In this document: one piece after another, positions 38,028-49,754 of the stretch | Layout of the letters: the number at the start of each line of letters is the position of its first letter | How positions within the stretch are numbered: position 1 is the first letter of the stretch | Source: a virus | Taxonomy: Duplodnaviria; Caudoviricetes | Length of the DNA stretch: 64,000 nucleotides | Strand: one strand, 5' to 3' | Virus record (IMG/VR): IMGVR_UViG_3300046710_000261 | Location: 1-64,000 of that record | Notes under the pieces: generated by a model | Told to the model about the DNA's origin: nothing | Database searches by the model: none | The model's input: the letters and a program-made list of their open reading frames with translations, nothing else | Translations under genes and position numbers: made by a program

Positions 38028-39281
38028 TTATTCTTCTCCCATTTTATCTTTCATATTATGGATAGGGATTATTCTATCAAGTATCTTCGCAGTAGGTTCA
38101 ATCGCCACTTCAATAATTTTCGCATCCTTATACGCATCAGGACATTCATCCAAAGTTCCTTGTCCTACAGAAGTTGAAAAAATCCCTTGCATATCAGACT
38201 TGAATTTGTTCAAATCCAATTCCCTTTTCGCTCTTGATCTTGAAAAAAGTCTTCCCGCCCCATGAGGCGCAGAAAAATTCCATTCAGGATTTGACTTTCC
38301 TTCACAAATCAAAAGTCCATCCCTCATATTGAAGGGGAGAATAAAAAATTCCCCTCTGTAAGAGCGAACAGAACCTTTTCTGATAATTTTGTCTTGAGGG
38401 TCAATATAATTATGAATGGTCTCAATTATCTGAAATTTTTTCAGGAAACCAGGAAGTAAGTTCAAAATCTCTTTCATGATATATTCTCTATTTACTTTCG
38501 CATATTGTTGCGCAAAATACATATCATCCAAATATCCTTCCACATTTTCCCCTTCAAGATATTCCAATCCCGTAACCTTTTTGTCAATCTGTAAAGATTT
38601 TTTCAAATCGTAAATTCTTTTTCCAATTTCCGATCCGTTTTTCGCGGTTCTTTTGATTTCTTCAACCCCCGCATCCAATAAAACTTTTCTGGATTTTCCA
38701 TCCCTTCCCGCCGCAACTTTCTGCCAGTATTCGCAAACCTTATACCCAAAATTCCGTGATCCAGTATGGATAGTCAACCAAAGGTCTTCATTGAAATCTG
38801 ATCTTCCGATTTCAATGAAGTGGTTCCCCCCTCCCAAACTTCCGATAGAATTTATCGCATAGGTCAAATCAATTCCAATCTTTTTGCAAGTCTGCTCAAA
38901 CCATTCATAGGAATATCCATCTTTCCATACAAAATCCTTCTTCATATGGATTATTCCCCTTTGATGAACATTCATTCCGAAAGGTACTTTTTGTCTGATA
39001 GAATTATCCAATTCAGGAAAATTGATTTCAACCTTTCCGATATTCGCAGACAACATTCCACACCCAATATCGACACCTACGATTGAAGGAATAATTTTCT
39101 CGCTTGATTTCATGGTGAAACCAATACAAGAGCCTTTTCCAGAATGACAATCGGGCATGATTTTTACGGGGTTCGTAAAAGCACAATGGTTTATCATAGA
39201 AATAATTTGAGCAATACATTCAGGCTCTACATGGTCAATCATTATGTCAGCATTCGTGTATTTTCCATTCAAAGTTATCAT
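38028..39281 (-). CDS. rtcB: RtcB RNA ligase (tRNA repair)
   Basis: MPDCHSGKG..IG, VGVDIGCG, SLGGGNHFIE, HTGSR, HNY, SAPHGAGR, DECPDAYK. Confidence 0.95.
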   Translation of the reverse strand: MITLNGKYTNADIMIDHVEPECIAQIISMINHCAFTNPVKIMPDCHSGKGSCIGFTMKSSEKIIPSIVGVDIGCGMLSANIGKVEINFPELDNSIRQKVPFGMNVHQRGIIHMKKDFVWKDGYSYEWFEQTCKKIGIDLTYAINSIGSLGGGNHFIEIGRSDFNEDLWLTIHTGSRNFGYKVCEYWQKVAAGRDGKSRKVLLDAGVEEIKRTAKNGSEIGKRIYDLKKSLQIDKKVTGLEYLEGENVEGYLDDMYFAQQYAKVNREYIMKEILNLLPGFLKKFQIIETIHNYIDPQDKIIRKGSVRSYRGEFFILPFNMRDGLLICEGKSNPEWNFSAPHGAGRLFSRSRAKRELDLNKFKSDMQGIFSTSVGQGTLDECPDAYKDAKIIEVAIEPTAKILDRIIPIHNMKDKMGEE

Positions 39282-39282
39282 T

Positions 39283-39753
39283 TCAATATTCTCCTGATGT
39301 TTTCATTCTATGACAATTCGCACAAAGTAAATCGCATTTTTCTGCTTCTTCCAAAATATCTTTCCATCCATATCTCATAAAAGCCGTCAGTCCCAACCAA
39401 AATTTTCTTTCCCCTCTGATATGATGGAAATCAAAAATAGAGGCATTTTTTCCATCGTATTTTATTTTACATTCGGGATTTGAGCATTGTCCACCTTTCA
39501 ATAAAATCAATTCTACTCTTTTTTTATAACCATGTCGTTTTTTGGCTTTTTGTCTTGCTTCTCTGTTTCTATGGTTCCATTCTCTTTTGTATTGCCCAGG
39601 ATCGGAATATTTTCTGCCATTATGCCCGCTTATGTAGAAATGAGGTCTTCCATATTTGTCTGTTTCCTCAATTTCTTTTCCACAACCACAGGCGCAAAAA
39701 ATCATATTTTCCTTCTTACAAATTTTACTTCGCTCCCAATTTTCCTGCACCAA
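39283..39753 (-). CDS. HNH endonuclease with CxCGCG N-terminal module
   Basis: CACGCG..YISGHN; FDFHH ... KCDLLCANCHR. Confidence 0.8.
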   Translation of the reverse strand: MVQENWERSKICKKENMIFCACGCGKEIEETDKYGRPHFYISGHNGRKYSDPGQYKREWNHRNREARQKAKKRHGYKKRVELILLKGGQCSNPECKIKYDGKNASIFDFHHIRGERKFWLGLTAFMRYGWKDILEEAEKCDLLCANCHRMKTSGEY

Positions 39754-40353
39754 TCTTTTATCGTCCTATAATTGGCATTTGAAAAGAAGCAATCCCGAAA
39801 TTGTGAAAAGGTTCCTTCAAATGTATTCCCATTATCAATTATGATTATTACCCTTTTCATCCAGTTTCCTTTTCTTTCTCAAGATAGTCTTTGTGATAAT
39901 CAATCGCAGGGTCTTCTTTTTCAACGGTAGCACAATTACATTTTTCACACCAAGGATTTTGACATTCCCCACAGCAAGGGCATAATTCATATTCACACAC
40001 ACTACAATATTGCTTTTCGTTTTCCATATTCCCTCACTTTCTTACCACGATACGTTAATGAGATATTCCCCCTCATCAAGAATGCCCATGTTCACTAATT
40101 CGGTTAGAATATGAGAGGCCAGATAACGTCCCTTTCCTGTTAGTTTCCATTCATCAAATTCTTTTCTTCCCCACGTATCAAGAGGCTCTTTTTTGATATT
40201 AAAAGTATGACTTGAATCATTACCACATTCTACATCGGCAACAAATTCATAATCATTTCGGCCAAAATGCTTTTCTACCAATTCTTCAAATTCATAATAA
40301 TCCATTTCAATAAAAACCGTTTTTTTCACCCTATTCCCTCACTTTCTTATTAT

Positions 40354-40424
40354 ATTATACCATAAAAAACATATGCTTGTCAATGTTTATTTTCATTGAC
40401 AAGCATAATGAAATCAAGGGGTTA
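40354..40424 (-). promoter_or_regulatory. early promoter with inverted repeat and IHF-consensus site
   Basis: TTGACA-18-TATAAT; 14-bp IR 40372-40385/40394-40407; AATCAAGGGGTTA matches WATCAANNNNTTR. Confidence 0.75.
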
Positions 40425-41010
40425 TAAGATTTTTTAGGGGTTCCTGGCGATTTTTAACTTTTCCTCCATCATTTCTACCGCCCCATCATACCATTTTTGT
40501 GCTCCAGGATGGGATTTACAGACAAGAGTACCATTAAAATATACCCATTGATCAAATTCGGCTCTTGTCCATACCTTTCCACAAATGAAGCAAGGAATGA
40601 CTTTTTCTTTGGTGGGGTCAAACCTGTTGTCTTCGTTCATTTTTTTACCTTCTTCTCTTCCATCGGTGTTCCTTCGAAAGTAATTCTGCCCTCTTTGATG
40701 CGATAATATGCTGGGCAAGTTTCCCGATTAGAGTGTCTGCTACAATACGCATTGCATCTTACTGACGCGGAGCATCTTTCCTGCTCGATCAAATCCTGTG
40801 GTCGGATTTTCTTCGCTCGGCGTTTCTCTTCTCTTTCTTCTCTTTCTTCAAAGTCCATTTTTTCCTCTCTTTCAATCGTCATTTTCTAAATCACCATATT
40901 TTATTGCTCTGATTATTTTTTTGATTGTTACTGATAAGATTATATATACAGCAACGATCAAAGCAAAAAATATAGTATCTGAATCTGTCCAAATTGGTGT
41001 CATTTTATTC

Positions 41011-42321
41011 CTAAAAATAAAGTCTCGCTCTCAATCCGTAAATATCAATCGGTCCCCGCGCGTGGTTACTGGTGGGGTTGACGATGCGCTGGTAGTCGGG
41101 TGTCAGTTGAAAATATTTTCCCATCTGTATTCGATAATATGTCTCATAAACCATTTCATAAAGAGGGTCAAGTCTTCCATCACCAATCAGCATTCCGATC
41201 CCGCCTTTGTCAAGGTATTCTCTATGAATGTCTGAAATTCCATTGACGGCATAAGCGAAACCAAAATAGTCTTTGGGTCTGTTCCAATGAATACCATTAA
41301 GTTGAAATCCCATACTGAAATGTCTATCAACTTCAGCATATGACCATGTTGAAACCTGGCCTTTCTGCCAACCCAATCGCATGAAGGCACCCGTTTCGCC
41401 CTTATCTGCTAACTGTTGCTCAAAGTTTACTGTTGCTCCATAGGTGCTTCTTCCAGGCTGTTCATTCGCGTGAATACTTGGAATTGTATTGGTAGCAGAG
41501 GCGATATTCATTGCATCCTGATACGTTCCCATCCTTCCCTGATTATGATAGAACAAAACCTTTACGGTTCCTGTTTTATATGGTTTGTAGCCGATCTCAA
41601 GATTGTCTCCCCGCGCTCTGTAAACATCAGTGTCCATATTGTAGCCATTGGCAGTTGTCGGTTCCATAAAACTGCCGAAAACTATTCTCCACTTTTCCAG
41701 AACATAGGCAATAGAAACCCCATAACTATATCCCCTTGTGTCAGAAGCATAATCCCATGCGGGGTTGAAAATAAAAGAGTAATTCAGAAATTGGGTTTTC
41801 GTGTTATTTGCGTATCTATTCCAATCCATATCATCGGTCGCTGCAAATTTTCCGAATTTTATATCAACCCTTTCTTTTGCTTCGCGGCCCGGGAGTTGGC
41901 CAATTCCCCTTTCGACTTTTATTGTTTCATTTGATAGAGGAATTGAATATCGTAAATATAATCTGGCAACATAGGGGTCGTCACTAAGTCCTGCCTGTCC
42001 TGCCCTGATAACATCACCATTGGAATACCCACCCAAACCATATCCGTTGCTTACACCCGCTCCCCGAAACATTTCAACGTCCCAATAAGCCTGTAGGTTC
42101 TTTGTTACTTGACTGCCAAGATAAAGGCCATAGGTGTGAGTTATTTTTTGGTCAGGAACAAAACTCTTCTCTCCCTGATATGGATTTTTGAATGAGGGAA
42201 CAGACTGGTATATTCCCGTTGCCTGTGCACCCAAAAGTTGTGGTGTCCAGTCTGGTTTCTTTTCCTCTCCATAAACGGAGATAGGAAATAATATCAGCAG
42301 AAGAAATAATATTTTAGGCAT
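41011..42321 (-). CDS. OprB-family (carbohydrate/Mn-type) outer-membrane porin
   Basis: Signal peptide MPKILFLLLILFPISVYG, amphipathic strands, AWDYASDTRGYSYG, YETYY..LTPDYQ.I.NP, C-terminal Phe. Confidence 0.85.
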   Translation of the reverse strand: MPKILFLLLILFPISVYGEEKKPDWTPQLLGAQATGIYQSVPSFKNPYQGEKSFVPDQKITHTYGLYLGSQVTKNLQAYWDVEMFRGAGVSNGYGLGGYSNGDVIRAGQAGLSDDPYVARLYLRYSIPLSNETIKVERGIGQLPGREAKERVDIKFGKFAATDDMDWNRYANNTKTQFLNYSFIFNPAWDYASDTRGYSYGVSIAYVLEKWRIVFGSFMEPTTANGYNMDTDVYRARGDNLEIGYKPYKTGTVKVLFYHNQGRMGTYQDAMNIASATNTIPSIHANEQPGRSTYGATVNFEQQLADKGETGAFMRLGWQKGQVSTWSYAEVDRHFSMGFQLNGIHWNRPKDYFGFAYAVNGISDIHREYLDKGGIGMLIGDGRLDPLYEMVYETYYRIQMGKYFQLTPDYQRIVNPTSNHARGPIDIYGLRARLYF

Positions 42322-45001
42322 TGCCTTGTGGTATAACATTTTCCATAAATTCCTTTTCAAAGTTTTCATTGAAACATCTTTGTTTATAAAACAGTTGGAG
42401 CAAATAGTCAAATTGCAATTCTGTAACCATCTTGCCCTGATTTTTGTCAAGCAAAATACCTTGAAGGGTAAGAATAGTCTTCATAGCAATGAGATTATTC
42501 TCTTTGGCAGCAGCCCTCAATGCATCTCCAAGTTTCTTAAACAGGTCTGTTTCTGTTATCGGATTTTCTGCTTTCGGTTTTTCTTTCTTCTCTAAGGATT
42601 TCCGAAAGATTTTGGTAATTTTGGACAACAGCGTTTCTACAATCATCATATCCTATTCTCCATCCTAATTTAAATGCTCTCACAACAACCAAAATTATGA
42701 TCAAAAAATCAATCATATATGTTGTCATGAGAATGTTAAATGCTAAATGCTTTTGAGCATCAGGCAATTGATCTTTCAAAAAGAAATAAATGAGCAACGG
42801 TATTCCAATTATTAGTAATACCGAAATAATTTTCAATATTGTCAATATTGTCTTTATCATTTCCCCGCTTCCCATCTGTCAATGGTTCCTGAAATTCCCA
42901 TCTCGAATTTTTCAATTCCGATATAAGGAATTACACCACCGACATATTCATTGTCAGAAGTGTGGACATATGGCCGATAGAGGGTGACAAAGGTGGCATT
43001 TTTGTTTATTACAGTTGCCACACTATATGCCGCAATTCCAGTAATACGAACAACATCCTTTACTTGTAAATCCTTGACATCAACCTTTAACCACATCGTT
43101 TTTTCTCCCTTCTTATCGAAGATATTTTACAGGGGTAAGAATAAACCCCAATCTGTGTAGAGTGACAATAATCCCGATGGCAAACATGAAAAAACAAATC
43201 ATTTTTATGACAGTATTAAACCATCCCCTTTTGCTCAAAATAATGGTGAGAAATCCAAAGATGAGCACCGAAATCCCGATAAAATAATTTGTCAACGTTT
43301 CCATTTTTACCACCTTATCTGTTTCAGCCTGAAGGCTTTTGTTAGCATATATCTGATTCGATGATTTTCATCATCAACACAACCATGCTCGAAAATTTTG
43401 CCATCGACACCCCACTTTTTTCGGAGATAGATGCCCTCTTCTAATTCCACAATGGCATCAGATTGTAGGGGGCCGAATAGGGGCGCATCTTTTTCCTCTT
43501 TGATGAGAATTTTTTTGATTTGGTTTTTAGTCATTTTATTCCTTTACGATTTTTATCAATCTAAAAAATTCAATCAGTTTATCTATGGCCCTACAATACA
43601 TTCGTCCCTGATATTTCATCAACTTTCCGTTTTTGTAAATACGTTGAAAGTTATATGTCATTCTTTCTTCAAGTTTCACTTTAAGAGGGACTAATCCTTC
43701 CTCAATTTTTGTTACTATGTAATACCCCTTTTTAAATTGGGGGACACCAGGACTTTTCAAAAAATCAGTCGTATTGTATATGATAGAACCTTCTTTTAAT
43801 CTGAACATTTTACTTTCCGAATTTTCTACCCTTTAGGGTGTAATACATTGATCTTGACAGATCGGTAAAATTCCACGTTTTGCAGGTCACTTCATAACCT
43901 TGTTTCCGTAAATCCCGCGCTCTGCGATTGCGAATTTTCATCGCATCGGGGCCATACTTCGTATCGGAATATCCTTCTTCGATGTACTTCATTATTTCCC
44001 TTCTCCCTTCAAAACGTCAAGAGCCTTTGTTCCCGTCAGCCAATTAAATTCTTTGCGCATCCAATAATTTTTGATCAGTTCCATCGCCTCTTTGACTGTC
44101 GGATATGGGTCTCTCTCTTTCGGTAGAGGCCCATATTTGATATTTCGGGCAAGGTTGAGAGCATCCTTGGCGGTGTATTCCATTATTTTATTCTCCGGGC
44201 ATTCCGCTTGATCTCTGCCACATAAACATCACCCATTTCACCATCAGGGCAAATCGGAGTGACTACATCACAAAACCACCGAGCATACTCATTTTTCGCC
44301 TCTGCCTCTGGCGATTGATATTTCTTCAAAACATTCCAAGTCCAAGAATCACCAAAAGACTGCCATACTTCATATGGTTCATTTCTCTTTCGGGTTTTCG
44401 CACATTCGTTTTTCGCCATTTTATTTCCTTTCTTATAAAATCTGTTGTTTCAGATTTTCGGTGAAAAGTGATCTGATAGCATACAATTCACCATCCCCAT
44501 CATGAGAAACATCATTGATCAATGAATGCAATTCAGAAATTTCTCTATTCCAATGATCAATGATAAACTTTAAATCTGGAAGTCTTTTCTCCAGCATATT
44601 CGCGGTTGCTTCGCCCTTCAACCATCCAGCATTATGCTCACGGATGAATTTCATGTCAACTCGCTTTTCGGGGTTTCGGGAAACGTAACCAAGGAATAAA
44701 TCAACCTTGTTGTCATAAGGAATATCTTTTCCCCAAACCGAAAGATGAAGCATTCCATAACGATCTTCGAAATAAACGATATACCCGTCTTTCTCTCCCG
44801 CATTTATCATGATCTTGATAACATCGGTAATTCTCTTTCCTAATTTCTTCCCCTCTTTTTGCTCAAGAATTTCAAACAGGGCAGAAACAATTCGATGATT
44901 TCTCCGTAAACGGATGAGTTCATCCTTGATCTTTTGAGTGACTACCTTGAAATCCAATTTGATTTGATCCATTTTTTTTCCTTCCCTTATTTTCTGATTA
45001 T

Positions 45002-45030
45002 ATTATACCAAAAAATCGGCAAAGTGTCAA
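45002..45030 (-). promoter_or_regulatory. sigma70-type early promoter
   Basis: TTGACA-17-TATAAT with TG extension. Confidence 0.8.
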
Positions 45031-45856
45031 GAGAAAAATGCATTACATTTGTTGAGTAAATTCAACGAGTTTGCCAGCAGAAAAGATGTAATTGACAGGA
45101 TCATCGGAGGGAACTACCCTAAATTCCTTTGCTCCAAACCACCGAGAAAGTAAATCATTGCCATAGTCTTTGCCCTCTTGATCTGTTCCAAAACGCAGAG
45201 CATTGGCCACAAATTTCGTTTCCCCTACCGCCAAAATTTCGACTTTGAAAGACATTTTTTTCTCCTTTTTTTGTTCGGGTTCATAACCACAATTTAAGCA
45301 TCGGCCACCAAAAGTCATATGTCTTGCTTCGCAGGGTGTTATATGGGATTTCTTCACTTGTTTGTCCATATGCTGTTTATGCGTCATTTTTTTTCTCCTA
45401 TGCGGTCAAAATGTCCGATTAAATGTCCGTATAATCGAAAACAACAACCCATTTTCGATTTTTTGTGGTAAACATGAGAGGCACAAGAATGATAACACCA
45501 TCTTTTCGCTTTTTGAAATCAACGGCGTTCCTAACATCGGAGAAATATTTCCAGGCAAGGCGATTTTTGGGAATTTTCTTTCCCTTGTCTCCTGTCATTC
45601 TGGAAAGGGAAAGTTCGAATCTGGTCATTTTTTTCATGTTAATTAGCAAGAATAATGGAAAGGGTTTTTTGCGCCTTTGAGATCTTTTTTTCTACCGGCA
45701 CCATGATGGTTTTTCCTGTCCAAAACTTAAATCCACCACAAGAGCAATGTAAACCCGGGGCATGATCAACATTTCTACAAGTGAAACAAAGGTAAGTCTT
45801 ATACTCTCTCATTTTTTCCATCGTTTTTTCCTTTCCTTTCCTCATTTTCTGATTAT

Positions 45857-45917
45857 ATTATAACATTTTCTTATAAGATTGTCAAGAAAAATGTTTTTCA
45901 ATGAAATCAGGGGGTTA
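45857..45917 (-). promoter_or_regulatory. early promoter with IHF-like site
   Basis: TTGACA-17-TATAAT; AATCAGGGGGTTA upstream. Confidence 0.8.
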
Positions 45918-46248
45918 TGGGGGGTTTCGATGGTCGTTTTTCCTTCATCATACCAATTTATCGTATAATTTCCCGTAAATGTCTATGAGAAGACTATCCC
46001 ATGCACAATAATAATGCATTGGAAGGACTTTTTTCAGGGCTGGAATATATTCACACCGATTTCCATCTTTTTCTTTGATGGTTTTATTACAAATACCGCA
46101 AATTATCTTCCCCTTGTCAATACATTTACTGGAAAGAATGAAATGTTGCGTTTTTCGGCATCGAGAAAAGCCTTTTTTTGCCTCTTGAATACTATCCGCA
46201 ACGTGATAAGCGCATGCACCATTTTCCCAGGGCTTTCTAAACATTATT

Positions 46249-46737
46249 TTATCCTTTCAGTCTCATGAAAACTTCATCCAAGGGCAGAGGGCAATTTTTA
46301 ATCCATTTAATATCAGATTTTACAATCCATTTCGATAAATCAATTCCTTCAATATCAATCCCTTCAAAAATATTTAGTCTCAGGCTCTTATTTTGCGTTT
46401 CCATCTTCAAATTCAGCTTTTTGAAAGTCTCAACATCTTTTTGTTCATGAAGGGTAAGACAAATCCCATTAATATCATTCAAAACACTCAAAAAATCGGC
46501 TGTATTATCTGTTTTTGCTGTATATAAATAAATTTTAGTGTTTGTCTGGTTTCTAATCTGCCTGACGGTCTGTTTGACAAATTCGGGTCTCAATAAAGGC
46601 TCCCCTCCAGTCAACATAATTTCCGTATATCCAGAAAAATTGTCTGTCTCTGGTAATTCCTTGAGGTTCCAATCTTTATTACAACACCCCACACAATTCC
46701 TATTACAATTTTCAAATAAAAGAAGACGAAGTTTCAT
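46249..46737 (-). CDS. small radical SAM protein
   Basis: CNRNCVGCCN, LTGGEPLL. Confidence 0.8.
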   Translation of the reverse strand: MKLRLLLFENCNRNCVGCCNKDWNLKELPETDNFSGYTEIMLTGGEPLLRPEFVKQTVRQIRNQTNTKIYLYTAKTDNTADFLSVLNDINGICLTLHEQKDVETFKKLNLKMETQNKSLRLNIFEGIDIEGIDLSKWIVKSDIKWIKNCPLPLDEVFMRLKG

Positions 46738-47773
46738 ATTTTTTCGATAAAGTCCTTTCCGTCAAATTCAAATTTGCGGAATGCCTTTGATTGTTCGAAA
46801 AGTTCGGGTTCTACACCGTCAATATCCCAGGTTTTTTGTTTATCCCATCCATATCTTTTTCTTTTATATCCACCCAAAGTTCTAATCAATCTTCTCATTG
46901 CTGGCACTATGTCTTTATGCCACAGCATACCCTGTGTTTTATTTACCTTCATAAATAATGTTGGGATTTTCTCACCAAATAAAATAAAGGTCAATAATTC
47001 AGGTTTTCTCATTTTATTCCTTTCCTTATTTCTGTCTTGGAATTTTGACGGTCAAATTATATTGATAATCGGGTGAACCGTCTTCGGAAATAATGTTTCC
47101 CATTTTTTTTATTCGTGTCAGGGAAAGTCTGGGGTGAATTATAGCAAGATTTTCATTGATACTCTTGAGATTATCTTCCATATTACCAGAATGAGAAACG
47201 TCAATCAGGATATACTCATTTTTCGGCCTGATAGCAATGAAAGTCAGGCCAATGCTCCACATGAAAAGGTCGTTTCCCGCGATTTTTTTTGTCGGTCTCT
47301 GTAAAAGAAAAAGCAGGTCTTTATTGGTTGTCTTTTTCATTTCTTTACCTTTTCCTTTCGATTTTCTTGATTTGATTTTTTTTATCTATAATTTGTTTTT
47401 CTAATTGCCAAATTTGACCTTGGATTTCCATGATCTTTTGGTGTTTAGGCAATCTTGCTAATGCTTTTTGCTTTCTCTCAAAATCTTCCGCATCTGACCA
47501 TGATGCTCTACCTTCTGCTTCGGGTGTAAACATTGTTTTTTCTCTCACTTTCCTTTAAACACCATATTTTTGATAAACTTCTCGCTTCAAATTTTTGGCC
47601 AATGTATATTTTCTGATGTATTCAGAAGGGGTGCCGATGAAAGTATTATGGGGATTGTATTTCAAAGTCATAGAAACCGCAATATATAATTCCCGTAACT
47701 GTTTGATTGCTTCTTTTCTGGCTATCGTTTTCACTATCGTATGAATACTCATTTTTCCTCACTTTCTACAATA

Positions 47774-47834
47774 ATTATAACAATTTTGAAGGGTTTTGTC
47801 AAGAAAAATCTTTCAGAATGAAATCAAGGGGTTT
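47774..47834 (-). promoter_or_regulatory. early promoter with IHF-like site
   Basis: TTGACA-17-TATAAT; AATCAAGGGGTTT upstream. Confidence 0.8.
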
Positions 47835-48537
47835 CAGTAAGGGATAAAAAGGGTAAACGGGGATAAAGTAGGGATTTTTTGTATCCAATGTAGACGGGAA
47901 GATAGCGAATACCAATACCTTCGATAAAAGTCATAAGGTGGGCAGCATTATGAGGGTCAGTTTCTCTTTTTCCCTCAAAATCTTTGTTATGATGGCAATG
48001 GGTTTTTCCGAATTTAACTTGATCTGTCCAAAAATATCGTGAATTGTAAAGGTCAACTCCAAAGAGAATCACTTTTTCGTATTTCATCTGATACCACAAC
48101 TCAAAAAGCATTGTGAATGAAATTCCACCCACACAAGTCAAAATATTTTGATCTTTTTGCTCTGGCATCTTGTAATTTGGAACTGGTATTCTGGCATCAC
48201 CCAATTTTATCATTTTATACATGTAAATATCAAAGGCATCGGGACCAATCAGATCAACAATCTCCTGTGAGTGACAAATGAATTTTACATTTCTGTATTT
48301 GTCGGCTCTCTCTAAATGCCGATGTCTCCATATTACTCTATCACGGTTTTTGACTTCCACATGATAGAAGTTTGGGATGAAAGAATGATAATGGAAATTG
48401 TTTGATGTCCAAACATCAAATTTTTTCATCTTACTCCACTCTTCAGTGGTTATATCATTTATACTTTCACCACAACCAAGGAAAATAGCGGTATCAGACT
48501 TTTTTTCTTTGAATATGTCTTGTAATTTGTATATCAT
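47824..48537 (-). CDS. GT42/Maf-like (sialyltransferase-fold) protein
   Basis: AIFLGCGESI, YEKVILFGVDL..YFW; ATGA-coupled to neuA. Confidence 0.6.
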   Translation of the reverse strand: MIYKLQDIFKEKKSDTAIFLGCGESINDITTEEWSKMKKFDVWTSNNFHYHSFIPNFYHVEVKNRDRVIWRHRHLERADKYRNVKFICHSQEIVDLIGPDAFDIYMYKMIKLGDARIPVPNYKMPEQKDQNILTCVGGISFTMLFELWYQMKYEKVILFGVDLYNSRYFWTDQVKFGKTHCHHNKDFEGKRETDPHNAAHLMTFIEGIGIRYLPVYIGYKKSLLYPRLPFLSLTETP

Positions 48538-49196
48538 TGTAATAATTTTTCGATCATTCGGGCATCTTCGCGTGTATCGACCTGAAAACTCTCCCAATAT
48601 GAAACAATATGATACAACGGCTTCTTTCCTATTCGGCATTTTGACTTCATAAATTGTTTTCTGGTGGTAATGAAGAATGCTCCCGTTTCAATACAATATC
48701 CGCTTGCTCTATTCTGTCTTCGCCCTCTATTTTGAGGGTCATAATTTACCGGTTTGTCTTTATGGAAATCCCATATCAAAATATCGTCTGTTGGCAGAAC
48801 GCTGAAACAACAATCAAATCCAACAGGACGGGTTGTAAATTCATAAATGGCATCATCCAAATCCTTGACATTCAATAGGGGGGAAGTTGCCTGTAAAAGA
48901 ACAATTATGTCATAATATATGATAGAAGAAAAATGCTCCATAACGCTTTCAGTAGTTGAATCATCCTTTGCCAATTGATCAGGTCTGATAATTATATTTG
49001 CTCCTTTATTTCTACAAAAATCATCTATCGCCTGATTATCTGTGCTGACATATGTATTTTCTCTGCCAATATATTTACTATTGAAAGATACATCGAGCAT
49101 ATATTCAATAAGCGGTTTACCATTTATTGGATAGAGATTTTTCTTGGGGATGCCTTTGCTTCCCCCTCGCGCGGGTATGAGAGAAACTATTTTCAT
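48534..49196 (-). CDS. neuA: CMP-nonulosonic acid synthetase
   Basis: IPARGGSKGIPKKN, VSTD, LQATSPL, ETGAFF. Confidence 0.95.
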   Translation of the reverse strand: MKIVSLIPARGGSKGIPKKNLYPINGKPLIEYMLDVSFNSKYIGRENTYVSTDNQAIDDFCRNKGANIIIRPDQLAKDDSTTESVMEHFSSIIYYDIIVLLQATSPLLNVKDLDDAIYEFTTRPVGFDCCFSVLPTDDILIWDFHKDKPVNYDPQNRGRRQNRASGYCIETGAFFITTRKQFMKSKCRIGKKPLYHIVSYWESFQVDTREDARMIEKLLQ

Positions 49197-49292
49197 TTAT
49201 TTTTTCTCCTCAAAAATCTGATAAAATCCAAAATCAACCATTTTATATGATAACTTATTCTTTGCTGTTCTTTCCAAGAGTCATATTTTGTT

Positions 49293-49754
49293 TTACTCAT
49301 TTTCTTCTCTTTTATAAATGATTTCCGAGTTAGATGGTTTGAAATCGTCTATATTTCTTTCTTTTTCTTTACAAATTATATGGAAATTAATTAGGAAATC
49401 CTGAAATAAAGGAAAGGTGTTCCATTCTATATTATAAATTTTTTCGCGGATTTCATAGTTGTTTTTATCAATCACGGACCATATATCTATTTCTGTTCCA
49501 AGTTTCCTTTCCCCTCCAGTCAAGGCTAAAACAAATTTTATTTCAGGTATTTTTTTTACTCTTTCAGAAATGAAATTATATAATTTTGTCTTATCATCAT
49601 TTTCTTCTTCATCCTCGACGGGACCATATGAATCAGCATCATGTTTTGCCAACGCATCAAGATATGCTTCTTCTGATTTACTCAATTTTCGATGTTCTAA
49701 TTTATATAAGATAATGTCTATCCATTGTTTCGGATTCCACCATTTATCTTTCAT
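49293..49754 (-). CDS. possible minimal nucleotidyltransferase-fold protein
   Basis: IPEIKFVLALTGG..TEIDIWSVI pattern; weak. Confidence 0.3.
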   Translation of the reverse strand: MKDKWWNPKQWIDIILYKLEHRKLSKSEEAYLDALAKHDADSYGPVEDEEENDDKTKLYNFISERVKKIPEIKFVLALTGGERKLGTEIDIWSVIDKNNYEIREKIYNIEWNTFPLFQDFLINFHIICKEKERNIDDFKPSNSEIIYKREENE

